Below are positions 26,089-40,737 of a stretch of DNA of 64,000 nucleotides, one piece after another; position 1 is the first letter of the stretch, and each line of letters starts with the position of its first letter. The notes under the pieces are model-generated. The model was not told the origin of the DNA. It ran no database searches and saw only the letters and a program-made list of their open reading frames with translations. This stretch comes from Lytechinus pictus (Eukaryota): assembly GCF_037042905.1 (NCBI RefSeq), contig NC_087251.1, positions 22,942,001-23,006,000 on the forward strand, in the 5' to 3' direction. A program made the translations under genes and the position numbers.

Positions 26089-28545
26089 TCATGAAATACC
26101 CATCTAAACATCCTGGCTAAACATGGATGTTTTCATACATTTTTCCCTTTCTTGCATGGGTGTCGATCGGTATTCATGTACTGGGGAATGACTTCGTGAG
26201 GAATAGATAAAAAATGCGAACGCGAAGCGCGATCTGAAATAAGCGGATTTTTATGCCCATGTAGGCAAATAATTTTCTATGATAGGACCAAAAGCCTATT
26301 GTACTCTTTTTTATTTTTGTATGAGGGTGTTTAAAAACTATTAACAGTTTTAAGACCCTTTTTGCTGTACCTATTCAAATCCTCTATTGACAACATGACA
26401 CTTAACCAGCAGAAACTATTTTAAACATGAATAAGTTGGATTAACAGATGTAGGCATACTTTGAGAAGAATTGCAATGTCGTGATACTCATTCTTTAGAA
26501 AAAAAAGTTTGTTTTCGAAATATATATAGGGCTTTTCTTCAAATTACAGGTATATTTTTCAATTATTAGTACTTAAGAAGTGTGAATATTGTCCACTATT
26601 CTATTTAAAGACATATAATACATACTTAGATGCACAAATAGTAAAGCAGCTGGGTTATGATTTTAAAGAGCAACGATGACAAATCGCAGCCTTGAGGAAG
26701 GACCAGCTGTTGGTTAATTGGATAACATGATATAATACATATGGGGGTAACACAAAGAAGTCGGATCAAGGAATGCTCTATTCCACTACATCTTGGGGAA
26801 GGGACTGGAAAATTATTGTGACGATTTCTACGCAGAATTCTGCGCAGATCAGACAATGAGTACATGTTTTCTTTTAAATAAAGAAGTGGATAGATAAAAA
26901 TATTTATCAGAGGAATAAATATTAATATGACTACATGGTTGTAAAGGAGTTTATACGTAAACCTTAATTAGATTCAAACTAAAAAAGTCTTTTTTGATAA
27001 TGTTTTTTTTAATTCAAGTTATAAAATTTGTTATATTTTTCTAAATATATTCACATTACTGATATGCCTAAGTCTTGGTCTAATGTATATCTTTACATTT
27101 GTCCACAATTTTTTGAGAATGTAAAAACAAATACATATTTTTGGATTAGTGATTCACAATGTGTTCTTAAGACAGCTCAGTTCAAGAGCATTTGATTTCG
27201 TGACTTATATTTGATTAAGTTATTGTAGCCAAAGGTTTTCGTATTAAGAAATAAGATGGAAGAGCATTATATATATATATATATATAAAATGGTTATTAA
27301 ATGTACCAACTATTTTGTACATATCCGGACAAATGTTGAAATAAGTTATAAAGTTTATTATAAATTTCTTTTTTATCACAGTATATAAATATGATCACAA
27401 AGAATTCTCCCTTTTTCAAAATAACTTATACCGAAAAGAGTCAAGCAAATTAATTTTCAAGTGGTCAGAAATTTATTGGCTAACGTATCTTTTTTCATAA
27501 TGAAACACGCATGCGCTCTGATTTATACATTCCCGAGCTCATTAAGAGCAGTCGCGCAATTGTCTAAAAAGGCGTTGTTTTTGTGTTTTGTTTTTTTGTC
27601 ATTCCATTTGTCAAGTTATTCCTTAAATTTCCGATGATGTACACATTTCATGCTATTGATCAGAATACTCATTTAAACTATTATGCGCTCTTAAGCTGAC
27701 ACGTCCAGTGCTGGCAGAAAGAAAAACAGTGTAACTGAAACTGAAAGAATTTAGTGCCAATTTTCTGCCTTTTGTTACTGATATTACTTGTATTTCTGAA
27801 AGGTGCAATCGCTTTATATAGTGAATTTAATTTGCGTTCGGGTGCTGAGCTTGAATACCTGGCTTGTTTGGATAGCTTGTCGCTCAACCTCTCCATGTAA
27901 ACTGGCAAATGGTGTACGCACAGAATATTAATGTCCAGAGAATAGTTATCTTAGTACTTTATGAATGTATGTATGGTCTTCATCATACTACTGAATAGTT
28001 GGAAGGGATTAATATCAGACTATTATTGTATTGAGGGCTAAGCAAAACTAGATTTGGGTTTTGATATTTACGACTAAGCAGAAATAATTGGAGTTTGTTT
28101 GAAGGGACATTTTTTGTTATTTCAGCTTTTCAAAAATGTTAATTAAGTGGAATTTCTGCAGCATGAAGAAAAGTCTTCAGTGATTGTTCATAGAATCCAG
28201 TTCGTTACCACAGGTTAGACATGTTGAAATTCGGCTGAATATAGTATTTAAATATCCATTTCGAACTTATTAACCTTAAGTCTACTACCATGAAGGAAAG
28301 TGTGCTACGATATGAACTATATATGGTAGTATACGAATATAAAGCTATAAGTGCTAATTTCTGTAAAACTATGGCTCAGTCACTATACATGCTTGGACTA
28401 GTATATTTTGATCCATTTAAAATGTCATTGCCAAATAATGTGCATGTTTAGAAAGATGTTTTCTAAACTGAAAAGACTTCTTAATTTCTAGCCATTATAC
28501 ATGTATGTGTATTAACTGACTGAGTTAAAAAAAAACTTTACACCT

Positions 28546-29286
28546 AAAACTAGAAATTTGACGCGTCCAAAGGACACAGATGCCCCCGCTTGACGCGATC
28601 AGAAATTCATTCAATATGATTGAACTTAATATCGTGCAGAAACCAATATGCATGAATATTATGAACAAATTTAGACCTTTGACCTAAAGACTCACCATTT
28701 CCATAATAATCTCTGACAGAAGATATGACAGTCAGGTCATTTGATGTGACCTGACTGTATTTTGGTGTCATCTACCCAGACACCAAACATTTTTAATATC
28801 TGGTGAATATTTCCAAAGTTATCATGCGGAAACTAACTCGCGTATATAATGAGCTGTGACCTTTGACCTGCGGACTCGAAATTCGAACTTACCCTGTATA
28901 TTGGTGTCATCTACTTACACACCCAATTTTTTTTAAAATCCGTTGAATATTTCATAAGTTATCACGCGGAAACCAACTCGCATATTTAATGAGCTGTGAC
29001 CTTTGACCTGCGGACTCCGAATTCGAACTTAGCCTGTATGTATTTTGGTGTCATCTACCTACACACCCAATTTTTTTTAAATCCGTTGAATATTTCTTAA
29101 GTTATCATGCGGAAACCAACTCGCATATTTAATGAGTTGTGACCTTTGACCTGCGGACTCCGAATTCAAACTTGGCCTGTATTTTGGTGTCATCTACCTG
29201 CAAACCAAACATTATTAAAATCCGTTGAATATTTTTCGAGTTATTGCGCGGAAACTAAGTGGGGGGACGGACGGACAGGGGAATAA
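28546..29286 (-). mobile_element. HINE/DINE-like (Helentron-associated) non-autonomous element with internal ~140-bp tandem repeats
   Basis: AAAACTAGAAA end, three ~140-bp units containing TGACCTTTGACC (28851, 28991, 29134), GGAC microsatellite near the other end. Confidence 0.6.
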
Positions 29287-31874
29287 ATTTTTTTAATTTA
29301 GTGAAAGAGCTGTAGTCATAAAGACATAAATGTCATACATGTCCTTAAAGATTACCTTCTTTTAATCATGGACTAAAATTTGTGCTAAAGTAAGGTATGA
29401 CTGCACTTAATGAATCTAGATATCCATGCATCCATTATCATTCATGAATTGCAGTAAAATTTATTGCAATAGATTTTCTAATATATTAGATATGACACTT
29501 TTACGACATACATTTTAGTATCAGTTATCATGTTTAGTTGATTTACGAGATATTTTGAAATGAAATCTAAATATTGCCAACTCATTCAAAACTTCACGAC
29601 TTTGAAATAATCAAATTTTACATCATAAAGTATGAAAACTGAATCAAATTAATTTTTTGGGGAAAATATTATTTCAGGACATATATAGCAGCTATATGTT
29701 CATGACCAGAACATTGATTAAATTGGTGATATTTTTAGGAGTATTTCGAAATGTTTATTTTTTATTTTCATATTTTTATATTTTCCATTTTTTTTCCTGT
29801 TTAAGGCATGAAGTAATTATCATGAGAGTTGCCCTTGGTATCATTGTTTAAGTATAATATTGACAATACAAATATTAAGTATTTGGTGACACTCGTGACA
29901 TGAAATAAATCACAACACTGCACTTAACAACCACGTGTATAGATGTATTTTTTCCTCTTCCAGAGGTATTTTGTTCTGCATATCTCTTTCTCAGTTTACA
30001 GGTTTCTTTCGAGTCACATTGCTATAATTTGTTCTTTTAAATCTTGAAGGTCAAGTCCGTCCAAACTGGCAAATATTAAGCAGACCCAAAGTATAATCTT
30101 TGAAGCAAAGAATAAACATTTTGGCAAAATAACAACAAAATATATGAAGTGTGTATGAGAGAGCAGCAAAAAAAATAGTGGTGCTACCCATTCCAAGGAC
30201 AAATATAATCTTAAAAAATAGGCAAAACAAATAATTACGAAGTATCATTATAATGAAATTGATCTTAAATGAATATCTCATATTTCCCTCTTTTCAAGGC
30301 GCCGCTTCAGTGTCGTCTTCACATATAATCCACAGATAAACTTGCTATAAAAAATATATCACACAAAACTAAATATTACCTAGAATTCCATGGCAAATTT
30401 GCTCTTTGTCGATTAAACGGCATTTTAGTAAACTCATAACGATTACTTAATGCTAGCAATTGATAGAAAGTTTTATGAAACAGTACTCGGTCTTGTATTG
30501 CTAGTTAGAGTGAGACAGTCGGTAACTCTTGTTCATATTCACACGAAATGGAAGCTCACGTAGTCAGTGCACCAATTTCCCAGTTACCAAGATTCAGTTC
30601 AGTATGTTACACTTTGTCCCGAGGAAATTACATAAATACTAACTTATCATATGCATACACTGCAAAAACTCTGGTGTTTCGTTTTGATGTTAATGATGTT
30701 AATTAACATGTGAACACATTAATAGCCATTAGTGTCTTTAAAAAGGCACGTCTGCAAGTACAGCATCCAATAATTATAATTACGCGTTGTAAATACATAC
30801 ATTGTATATACATGAGTGAGAGCGCTGATTGGCTATTTAGGACAAATGCTGAATAATGATAATGACAAGAACGTAGGACGCATGCGTGATGATCATTAAG
30901 CTTGAATCATGATCAGGTTTGGCCCGTTGGCCTACCCGGGTTATTTAGATAGGATGGCAAAACGACCAAAATTTGAAGTAATTTTTCTATCGATTGAATA
31001 ATGAGGATATCACGACCATATATTTCAAAATATATGCTCTTCTTTTCGTCCTTGTTTTCATATTCTCCACTCCCCATTTATTTTTCACAAATTGATAAAT
31101 CTTAAGGGGTGGTCGGTACCTGCCCCCCCCCCCCAACGTGGCGCCGTCCCTGCAAATTATTTCAAAATAAATAATTAATCAATTAAACGACAACGATAAT
31201 ATTGATGAAGTTTCATCTCAATCTTGTGTTGTGGGACAGGAGGTATTCAATAAATGCACTTATATTATATACAGTCTGAACAGACGATTACTGCGTTTCT
31301 GTTTTTGGCAGCGCTGTGATACGTAACCTACCCGTAATATTGATGGGCACATTATCCGTTATTGTTGCTTGACTTTTATCATTTCATCTGGGAGTGACTC
31401 ACAATGAAGGGGCGGGGTTAAGAATAGATGCAACCCTTGGTTCCATTTCATAAACATGAGAAAGATTATAATTACCGACCCCCTTTCAATGAAATTGACA
31501 ATGATTGTTGATTGGCTGGTAACAATCCTGATGTGTGACAACTTGGTGTAAAGGACGGCATACCTCAAATTTGGTGCCCCAGGGACAATTCGCTCCCACC
31601 TATACACTCTGAAAATTCCGAGTCAGTTTGATCCCCGAAGGGACTGTTGTGGGTTTTTTTTTTTTTTTTGGGGGGGGGGAATGACACGGAAAAGTAAGAT
31701 GTGACCGTTATGCTACCATTTTGATACTGTAGATCTTATGCACCAAATTGATAACACTTGAGCTGGTATTTCTTATTTTTCTGGACTTACATGCACGGCC
31801 TTCTCATGTCAAATCGCTCTTCTTATATTCAAATTTGAAGCACACTTTGGATCCCAAGTATTAAACTTAATTCA

Positions 31875-32327
31875 TTACAGGGGAAATTCACACTGACATA
31901 AAGTTTATTGTAGAAATAGCAGAAAATAACTAAATATTGGTGGGGGTTTCAGGGAATCCATCAAAGATTTAAAAAGCTATTAAAATTTTAATTTTAACGG
32001 TGACGTCATTTCCGAGCAGTTTTCCCCACATATGGTGTAATAAAAAAAAAAAGGTGTTTATTGTACCTTAAGTATATCAACATACAAATCATTTCACATC
32101 TGCTCCTGAGAGAATTTTTTCGCAATCATGAACCACTGATTAAAAAAATGAAAAGTATATATTTTGGTGCATAAAATACGGGGCAGCTGCTAGTATATGA
32201 CGTCACAGAACAAAAACTCAAACTTCTAATAACTTTCTTAATCTTTGATGGACTTTCCGCAAACCACCAATATATATTTTCTGCTAATTTTACAGTAAAC
32301 CATTTGTCAGGGTGAATTTCCACTTAA
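31875..32327. mobile_element. Kolobok-like MITE (family C)
   Basis: AGGGGAAATTCACACTGACA...TGTCAGGGTGAATTTCCACT-TTAA. Confidence 0.65.
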
Positions 32328-32985
32328 AAATATGTCGATAGAATGGTACCTAAGAAACACCTATAAATTTAAATCCCTGATTCGCTACACATTTCAAAAT
32401 TCATGCGGTAACCGTTACCATAGAAACTAGTTTAGGAACCTGACATCCACTTGGACTAGGTGCAATGAGGTATTGCTCTGAAAAACTGAACTCTAGTTGC
32501 TATTATTATATCATTTACATTAAACTACATGCGTTTCATATCAATATCTATTCGGATCCATTATGATGTTGAAATATAAAAATTACTTTCATTACAGAGC
32601 GTTTTGTTATTTTTCGGTTATCCAAGTTATGCAAGTGGTTCAAAGAAATCCCGAACTTGTCTATTTCAGTGTGTTAATGGTAACGCACATTGGTGTTTAC
32701 ATTAAAATGTGTTGGGTATGCATGGGATGAAGTGCTGTTCTACGAACTGGCCAAAATAAATCCTTTCATCAATCACTAATTGAAATCATTTTGGCATGAA
32801 AATGTTTGAGTTTAATCATCTCAACGATAAAGTATAGACCTAAAATGATGATTAAAATATCCACATAATATCAAATCAGTTCATAATACTCATTTCGTCG
32901 AGAGGAGTCCATTCAAGTTCAATAATTATGACTGATATTAACCGAAAAGGCTCTGTCTTCCCTGTTGATGTAGCATGTCATGATC

Positions 32986-33148
32986 TTTACCTCTGCCATT
33001 TTTACCTCTGCCATATTTACCTCTGCCATTATTACCTCTGCCATTTTTACCTCTGCCATTATTACCTCTGCCATTTTTACCTCTGCCATTTTTACCTTTG
33101 CCATTTTTACCTCTGCCATTTTTACCTCTGCCATTTTTACCCGGCACC
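32986..33148. repeat. 15-bp minisatellite (about 10 units of TTTACCTCTGCCATT)
   Basis: Directly visible; ends in TTTTACCCGGCACC, possibly a transposon terminus with subterminal repeats. Confidence 0.95.
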
Positions 33149-34799
33149 CCACTACCCTACCATGCGTGCATCATTAGCTTTTGATGGGTCATACGCACCA
33201 AAAGATTAAAAAGTATACTCCATATTTTCATGTGCTGGGAAATAATAAAAAGGTGGCATCACTTATTTCTCAAGAAACCTAAAAGTCATAGTCAATACTT
33301 TCCCCTACAATATGTACAATTTATTAATCGATCTTTAATCAGAGCTACATCCGGTCTTCAGTAACCGGATGAGTATCTACGGGGGAGAGGGGGGGGGGGG
33401 ACAAATTAAGCGGCGTATCTAGGAGAAACAGTGCCCCGAACGAGTAAAATTGTACCCGTTTTACTTATGGTACCGAGGGATAGCGCTGAAATCGCGCCAG
33501 TTTAAATGATAACACTTATATTATTTGATGTTTCATCGATTTTCTCTTTCCCCTTCTCATTTCGCGTTCCCTGCAATGGGCGCCTTGGGCGTGTACAACC
33601 CTTTGCGTCATTGGCCACTGGGTGCAGAAAGAGAAAGGGTTGTATTGCATAATAACTGTTTAGCATTAATTTTGCCATACATGGAGACCTTGATTTTTGT
33701 TTTGGTGCTTAGCCCTCTTGCAATGGAAATTACCGTAATACCAAAGCTAGGCCAGAGCTGTTATGCATCAGGGCACAGGATATGTTTTATAGAATGCGCA
33801 TATACTGGAGGTGACTCGGAAAGGGCGCATAAATGATATTAAAAGGGAAAAGCGAAAAAATCACTCATTTTAAAGGGAATTCGGCATTTTAGCTACCCCT
33901 TTATTCTTAAAATAAACGCATCAAACATTTGTCAAACATAGCTTCCCTTGAATAAACAATGGCCTCAGTTAAACATATTTCAGAATCTGTTGAGGTTTGT
34001 TTTCCCTTGTTATACCATAGAACTGCAGGACTACTGGGCCATGCATGGACCACACCACTCTCCCCGCCGAATGCTTGATGTGCACATCTTGGATGGAGAG
34101 AGAAATTGGGAAGAGTGCTGGATAAGAGCAATTTCTTTCACTGAGGGAAATATATCTAATCAACTTCATTCAAAGGTAAATACATAGAAATATAATGCCA
34201 TAAATATTAAAAGAATTTAATCTGGATCGCCGTTTTGTATGAATCATTAAAAATACCCCAAATCCATTGATTCTGTTTAAATTGGAAATAAACATGTCTT
34301 TGGACACTTATCAGTCGAAACCCAATCGAATGCGACGGATATAGGTTATTGTTACGAAAAATAATGATAGTGGTTCAAGATTATGTATAAGAACAATGAT
34401 TTTCTCGAAAATATGAGAAATAATTTCAACTTAGGGTCTTATCGGCCTAAAGTACTGTTTCTCCGGACCAATATTCAGTCTGCCAATGAATACATAAAAC
34501 GAGATATTACGGCATTACATAATGATACTATAATTGTGTTTTTATACAAGATAAAGAGAATGGTTCAGTTGATTGCTAAAATATGCATATTAAGGGTCTT
34601 CATGAAGGCATTTAAGATCAATGTCGGCTTGCGCTTATATGCCAGTCGGGCGCCAGACCTCTTTGTGGCGCCCCTGCGCTTTGCATAAGATTCTCATTGA
34701 CTGTGTAGGTCCTGTTGTAAGAACCAATATTGCAGTGACCAAGGAATTATAAATTGTTGACACCTTTTGCTTCTCATTGTCTATCATTCATCTAGATAC

Positions 34800-35330
34800 T
34801 TGTGAACCATCTGCAACCTTGAACCTTTATACCACGATGAATGCATCAGGAGCCACCTCCGTACACAGGGTGAAGCAGATGATCAGAAAGTCATCCTGGG
34901 GCCAACATGTCACGCTGCTCTGAGGGCTTTTATCCTTTTCAAGACTAGACTATTGCAATATTCTCTTCAGCGTTGGTAGCCAGAGAATCGCCTTGTGAGA
35001 CTCCAACACACACCGGTAATACTTGCTTTATTCCATGGATCCTACTAGTAGGACCCATGCTTATTCTGCTCCTCTACGGACTCTCTGACTTCAACTTCAT
35101 TGACTTCTTGTATACTTCACGTATATACGAACGGGGATATCTTTAAGATACAGTATGCAGGTCCTTTCCTCAACGACAGACCTGCTCAACGATGTCTTCC
35201 GTTCGCACCTGCATTAGTGCTTAGTTCCGAAAGTACGAAACACACGCTCATCAAGCTATCCGGTATCTATCAGGCTTACTGAGAACGGAATCTTTCCAAG
35301 AAACGAAATTACCTTTTCCATCTGTTGCTC
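34800..35330 (+). mobile_element. Degenerate L2-type LINE ORF2 3' fragment
   Basis: SRLDYCNILF (about 34939-34968) matches the SRLDYCN motif of L2/CR1 ORF2; frameshifted and decayed; boundaries approximate. Confidence 0.55.
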
Positions 35331-36859
35331 TGTTAATCAGCTATGTACACTTCTCTGCAGAATTTGTATATATTGTCCAGTATGAAGAGTTATTAATATT
35401 AAAATCATATTTTTTGTTGCAGATGAAATATTTAATATCAGCTCGTACAAAGTCAGTCTCTAAGTAATACGTGGAACCGTGTGCCAAGGAAAATGTGTTA
35501 TATCAAATACATGCATACTTATTTGGTGTTTTGATGGTTGCATTCCAGTGGTGACTCATTTGACTGCTGAATACATCCCATCTAGGAATTTATAGCATTA
35601 GTTTGATTTTTTTTTATTGTCAAATAAACATTGAATTCATTAATTTATCTACTAGGCCTACAACTTTTTATCTTTGTCAAAGACTCTAGTTTAACCCTAT
35701 TTTTATTTATCCCAGCATAACAAAAAAATGGGTGTATGTATATATATATATATTTATGGCATTTAACTGAATGAAGTTCACAATTTCCAAAAATGAAGAA
35801 TTGCGAATGCGAATGTTAACATAATATACTTTAAAACATGAAAAAGATCCCCCGGTGGATCACTCGATTCAGAACCATTGACACAATGGCTCTTTACTAT
35901 TCATGTATATATATCAATAATCTATTTTTTTTTATTCATTTGAGGTATGCTTAAAGAGCTACGTACATAAAGTGCATAGATCAAGGGCGTTAGTGCCCCG
36001 CCAAGAAAAAAAAAAATCAGTTGACATTTTGTTTGATTTTTGGTATATTCCCGATGAATGAATGCTTTGTCAACGCAGAATTGAGAACCATGTGACTTGT
36101 GGAAAGCATTTTATTACAGTTATCACAGAAAAACTGTATTGTGACAATTTCACAAAGGCTTATACATTATAATAACCTTATCAGTTTCAACTACGTTGTA
36201 TTTGATTCTCAGCGCACCGAAATGATTAGTCTAGAAAAAAAGGGGGATTGAATCCTATACAGATATCCAAAGATCCCACCATGCCCACAGGAGCCAGAGT
36301 TTATCTTTAAAATTTAAATGACCAAAATCGTGCTTGCTTTAACCTTATCAATTTAGTAATCTTCCAGTGTTATCCTGTGAAATACTGAAATAATTTCCCC
36401 AAAATTTGGTATACATGTAATCTATTAGAATTGTACTACTTTTTCCATGCTGATACAAAAAAAAAACATGACATGTACTAAATGTATGTGTTGGACAATA
36501 TGGCTTTGAACCACAAATGTTTCATTATAGCGACCATCGAAAAGGTCAACAATTTCCAATATTTTTGGTTAGTCACATTTTAACTAACAATCTGATTATT
36601 TCATCCAGAGAGATTGTTTCAATTTCCTATTTTGTCCAACACTTCTTAAAGAGAACATTCTGGTAACCATCCCTTTTCCCCGGCCTTATCCATTAAAAAA
36701 TTTCAGACTTTGTACTGAAATTACTGAAACATACATTTTCTCATGATTCAACGTAATTTTTTTCATTTTGTTATAAACGTCCCTTCTGCTTGCTCTGTCT
36801 CACCCTAATGAACAAATATCCTAGCCAGAGAGAATGAAACATTGCACAGGTTGCTTTGC

Positions 36860-37090
36860 ACCCATTGGTCAGTCGGCCAATAGTTGCAGAATGCATGCCT
36901 CTTATTGGTTAGTAAATGGTTGCCAATCTCGTCGCCATGGCAAAATTAATGAAGCGGTGCTCTGGTAAGTGATATATACGTGCAGAATCATGTCTTTGCT
37001 CATAAGCACGTTTTTATATATCAGGAACTTCTAAGCGCGGATTCTATTGGAATTACATTATATACTGTACATCACCTGCATAAAGAAGGT
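36860..37090 (+). promoter_or_regulatory. Candidate promoter / first exon of gene 3
   Basis: Four CCAAT/ATTGG boxes (36864, 36877, 36904, 36923), X-box-like GTCGCCATGGCAAA 36931-36944, TATATA near 36974; donors TG|GTAAGT (36965) and AAG|GTATGG (37089); the signal exon at 46932 has an acceptor, so an upstream exon is needed. Confidence 0.45.
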
Positions 37091-37863
37091 ATGGGAAGTT
37101 CCAATTACTGATTATATTTTGCTTTTCCATCGTTTAGGAAATGAGGTCTATAAAAATATTTACGTTTTAAAGCCGTATTCACAATCTTTATAGCTATCCT
37201 TGATTTATGAAATAAAAAGATTTACTGATTAAAGGAAAGACAAATCACTTCCGATTGAAACAGAATTGGACCTAGTGGTAATTTTCCAAATACAATATCT
37301 TGTTCTGCCTAATCTTTAATGCTGCTTTAAAATCGTAAACTAATTTGAAATCAATATTATTTCAATTCAACGATTTATCTCTATTACTATTTTCCTCTCC
37401 ATACAATAATCGATTTAGGTTTTATTCTGTAATGATATAAGTTTAGCGATGAATATTTGTCATACTTCGAATTGATTTTTTTTAATCTCACTTGCATTGC
37501 AATGATATAATGGCGGTACGAACAATATAGGGATCAAATTGCGTGCTTCTCCGTTGTTTTCTAATCGGGAATCGTCCCCTAAATGTAGTCCTGTTTTGTA
37601 TTGCAAGGCGATGACACTAAAGATTCCGTTTACATTAACTCCGATTGAAATCGATGACAGTGAGATTAAAACATGATTTTGTCACCCCTACACTTAAGAC
37701 CAAAAGACACGTGAGAAGATCTGCGTTCAAAGTAATCTTAATGGAGTCGCAGATGAACAACACATATTGCGATCTGGGCAATGTTATCAATAAAATAATA
37801 ATTATTACAATAATGATGATAATAATAACAATAATATGATAATAATTACGATAATGATGATAC

Positions 37864-37925
37864 TATAGGATTTATATAGCGCACGTATAGCTCAAGGCGC
37901 TCCTTTATTACCCCGGCTAATCTAG
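37864..37925 (-). mobile_element. 3' fragment of the SINE family seen at 42770-43046
   Basis: TATAGGATTTATATAGCGCAC...GCTCAAGGCGCTCCT.TATTACCCCGGCTAA matches 42785-42855, next to an ATA-rich tail. Confidence 0.65.
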
Positions 37926-38384
37926 TCTACCAATTCCTTTTCAAATCGAGAAATACTATGTTTAAGATATGTATAAGGACATTGAATCACTGCATTATCT
38001 TACAGATGCGCTCATCCACGGGCGTAAATCGCGGGTGATGGGCGATATATCCCCCACTTTTCGGAGAGGGGGGGGGGGTGACATGTACAATCATCCCCCC
38101 ACTTTTCAAGACAGAAACTATATTTTTTATCATCAAATGATTAATAATATTGTTAATGCGTGGATTCATCTTTAACACCTTTAAATGTCGTTAAAGGGTC
38201 TTAAATTAGCAAAATTTTCAATGTTCAATAGGCAAAATTTCTTGCATGGCCGCCCTGCTTAATCTCGCGTCTGAATTTGGCAATGACAGACTGCTACATT
38301 TGGCTTTGTTGCAAACGTTTATACATACAATGCATAACGAGAGTATGGTTATAAGTCACAATCGATATGATTCCGAAGCCTTAA

Positions 38385-38471
38385 TTAAAAAGGACAAGTC
38401 CACCCCCAAAAAACTTGATTTGAGTAAAAGGAGAAAAATCCAATAAGCAAAACACTGAAAATTTTATCAAA
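38385..38471. mobile_element. Truncated copy of MITE family A
   Basis: AGGACAAGTCCACCCC..AAAA.TTGATTTGA..AAAAG.AGAAAA matches the left arm of 3019 and 39759. Confidence 0.7.
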
Positions 38472-39304
38472 TTTTTTGTTTTATTCAAAGAGTCATTAAA
38501 TAACATTTATGAACATGTAGCAATCCCTTCAGTATTTTAAATATGAACAAAATTTTGTTTAGAAATTGAATATTAGAGATTATTCGAAATCTTACCTTTC
38601 TGCAATATTTTCCATTTCCCATTTCATTTGTATCAATGAGTTATTTGATTAATTTTACGTTTGGGGAAGTTTTTAATGTGCTCTATGGGGCCTTATGATA
38701 ATTACGATCCGATTTTCCCTATTCTCATCTCAGCTCTTATCATTGAGCAAATTATATAGTTTTGAAAAAAAAATGTAGACATTTTAATCCTCATTTACAA
38801 TATTTTAATCCGTTTGTTTTCTTCTTAATCTTTATTGATAACTCTTTCCTCTCTAACACCTGTACATGATTTTAAACAACTATTTAATGCTCATTCATAG
38901 GTCATATTGCAATATGAGGAATATATTTGAAGGCGTTCATTCTATGATTTCTATCACATACTACACATCCCTTGAAAGACGTCATTGGACACCATTTCGT
39001 CTTCCAACTGCTGAAAATTCGTTCATTTGGTCGCTTCGCTCGCTCGCCTATTGATGCATGAATCAAGTAATTTAGCAGGTTGTTTCGCAACAAAACAATT
39101 AAAAGAGCCATGAAAACGATATTGAGATACGTCTTGACTATCATCACCAAACGTGATTGTAGTAACATTATGATGTACATGTTTCATGTACCCCCATAAG
39201 TCTATATATACACTTGAATTTTAAAAGCAATTTATTGCTATCACCCCTTCCTCGTGCTTGGACCGGATTTACACCACTGGAGGGGAAGGTATACAGGTAT
39301 ACCC

Positions 39305-39475
39305 GGTGGTGTTTCATAAAGCTGTTCGTAAGTTAAGAGCGACTTTAAGAACGACTGGTGATCCTTTCTTGTGGTAAACGGTATATTCATTGGCGATGGG
39401 TTGGCACATAAGAAAGGATCACCAGTCGTTCTTTAAGTCGCTCTTAACTTACGAACAGCTTTATGAAACGGCCCC
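39305..39475. mobile_element. Short palindromic MITE
   Basis: 60-bp arms 39311-39370 and 39410-39469 are reverse complements with one mismatch. Confidence 0.9.
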
Positions 39476-39758
39476 CGTTCACCTTTTGTGGTCTCGCCGA
39501 ATCAGACGTATGGCTTACGTTTGGCGTTACAACTAAACAACAGACTCGTATTAAGGCATCTGGGCAATAGCTGCAGTCTCCGCCTATAGCTTGTACGGAA
39601 TTTTATTCGCTCGGTACTCTGATGCACGGGTGCAAATTTGCATCCCGAGAAAGATGAACCTGTCCTCGGCCATAGGCTCACAATACATACATACATACAT
39701 ACATGTACGTACATACATGGCGAATAATGTAAGCAATCAACAGTTATGGGCCTAATAT

Positions 39759-40356
39759 TTAAAGGACAAATCCACACCAACACAAAGTTGATTTGAATAA
39801 GAAGAGAAAAATCCAACAAGCATAACACGGAAAATTTCATCAAAATCGGATGTAAAATAAGAAAGTTATGACAATTTAAAGTTTCGCTTAATTTCACCAA
39901 ACAGTTATACGCACATTCTGGCTGGTATGCAAATGAGGACACTATGACGTCATCCACTCACTATTTTTTTGTATCCTATTATATGAAATATGAAATATTT
40001 TAATTTTCTCCTTATTGTCAAGTGATACACCAATTAATTCATCCCTGAACATGTGGAATTAGCATTGTTTAATAATATATGGTTCAGTCAAGATGGTCCT
40101 TATTGTCAAATCTATAAAAAATGAAATATTGTATAATTCAAACAACAAAAAGCAAAAGAAATAGTGAGTGATGGACATCATCGACTGAGTCACCTAGTTG
40201 TGCATATCACTGTTTTGTGAAAAATAAGCGAAATTTTAAAATGTTATAACTTTCTTATTTTACCTCCGATTTTGATGAAATTTTCCGCACTATGCTTGTT
40301 TGATTTTTCTCTATTTATTCAAGTCAGCATTTTCCTGGGGTGGACTTGACCTTTAA
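39759..40356. mobile_element. Kolobok-like MITE family A, second copy
   Basis: TTAA-AGGACAAATCCAC...GTGGACTTGACCT-TTAA; colinear with 3019-3612. Confidence 0.85.
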
Positions 40357-40421
40357 TTACGCTGAATTAACATGCATGCTGTTTTTAATATTTATTTGAT
40401 TTATTATTCATTCATCTCGCT

Positions 40422-40737
40422 CAGGGGCGGATCCAGGATTTTCCAAGGGGAGTGGGGCACAATTTCCCAAGGAAATTTTGACAAGCAAAAAAAAAAGTTA
40501 TCACTAAAAAGTAAAGGTCATTTTGTCCAGCTGAAACTTTGAAAAGCAAGCAAAAAAAAGTCCTCAGTTATGTACGAACAACATATTCCCATAAAAATAT
40601 TTGCTGTGAATCTCCAAGGGGGGCATACTTGTGTATGAACGACACATTTACATTATAAATATTGACTTTGACTTTCAAACGGGGGGGGGGGGGCACGGGC
40701 CGGAAATGCCCCCCCCCCCCCCCTGGATCCGCCTCTG
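40422..40737. mobile_element. hAT-like MITE
   Basis: CAGGGGCGGATCCAGG...CCTGGATCCGCCTCTG termini; flanks ATCTCGCT / ATTTTGCT (6/8). Confidence 0.75.

Noticed and set aside
27681..27908. Minus-strand ORF with weak LINE reverse-transcriptase flavour (KLSK...LYKAI)
   Set aside because: Too degenerate to call without a profile search
32919..33209. Four overlapping ORFs with periodic peptides; superficially CRISPR-like periodicity
   Set aside because: Pure 15-bp tandem repeat with no unique spacers and no splice context; eukaryotic DNA
39502..39957. ORFs containing CHNFLILHPILMKF-like peptides (also 3019-3213)
   Set aside because: Chance translation of MITE family A arms, not a transposase
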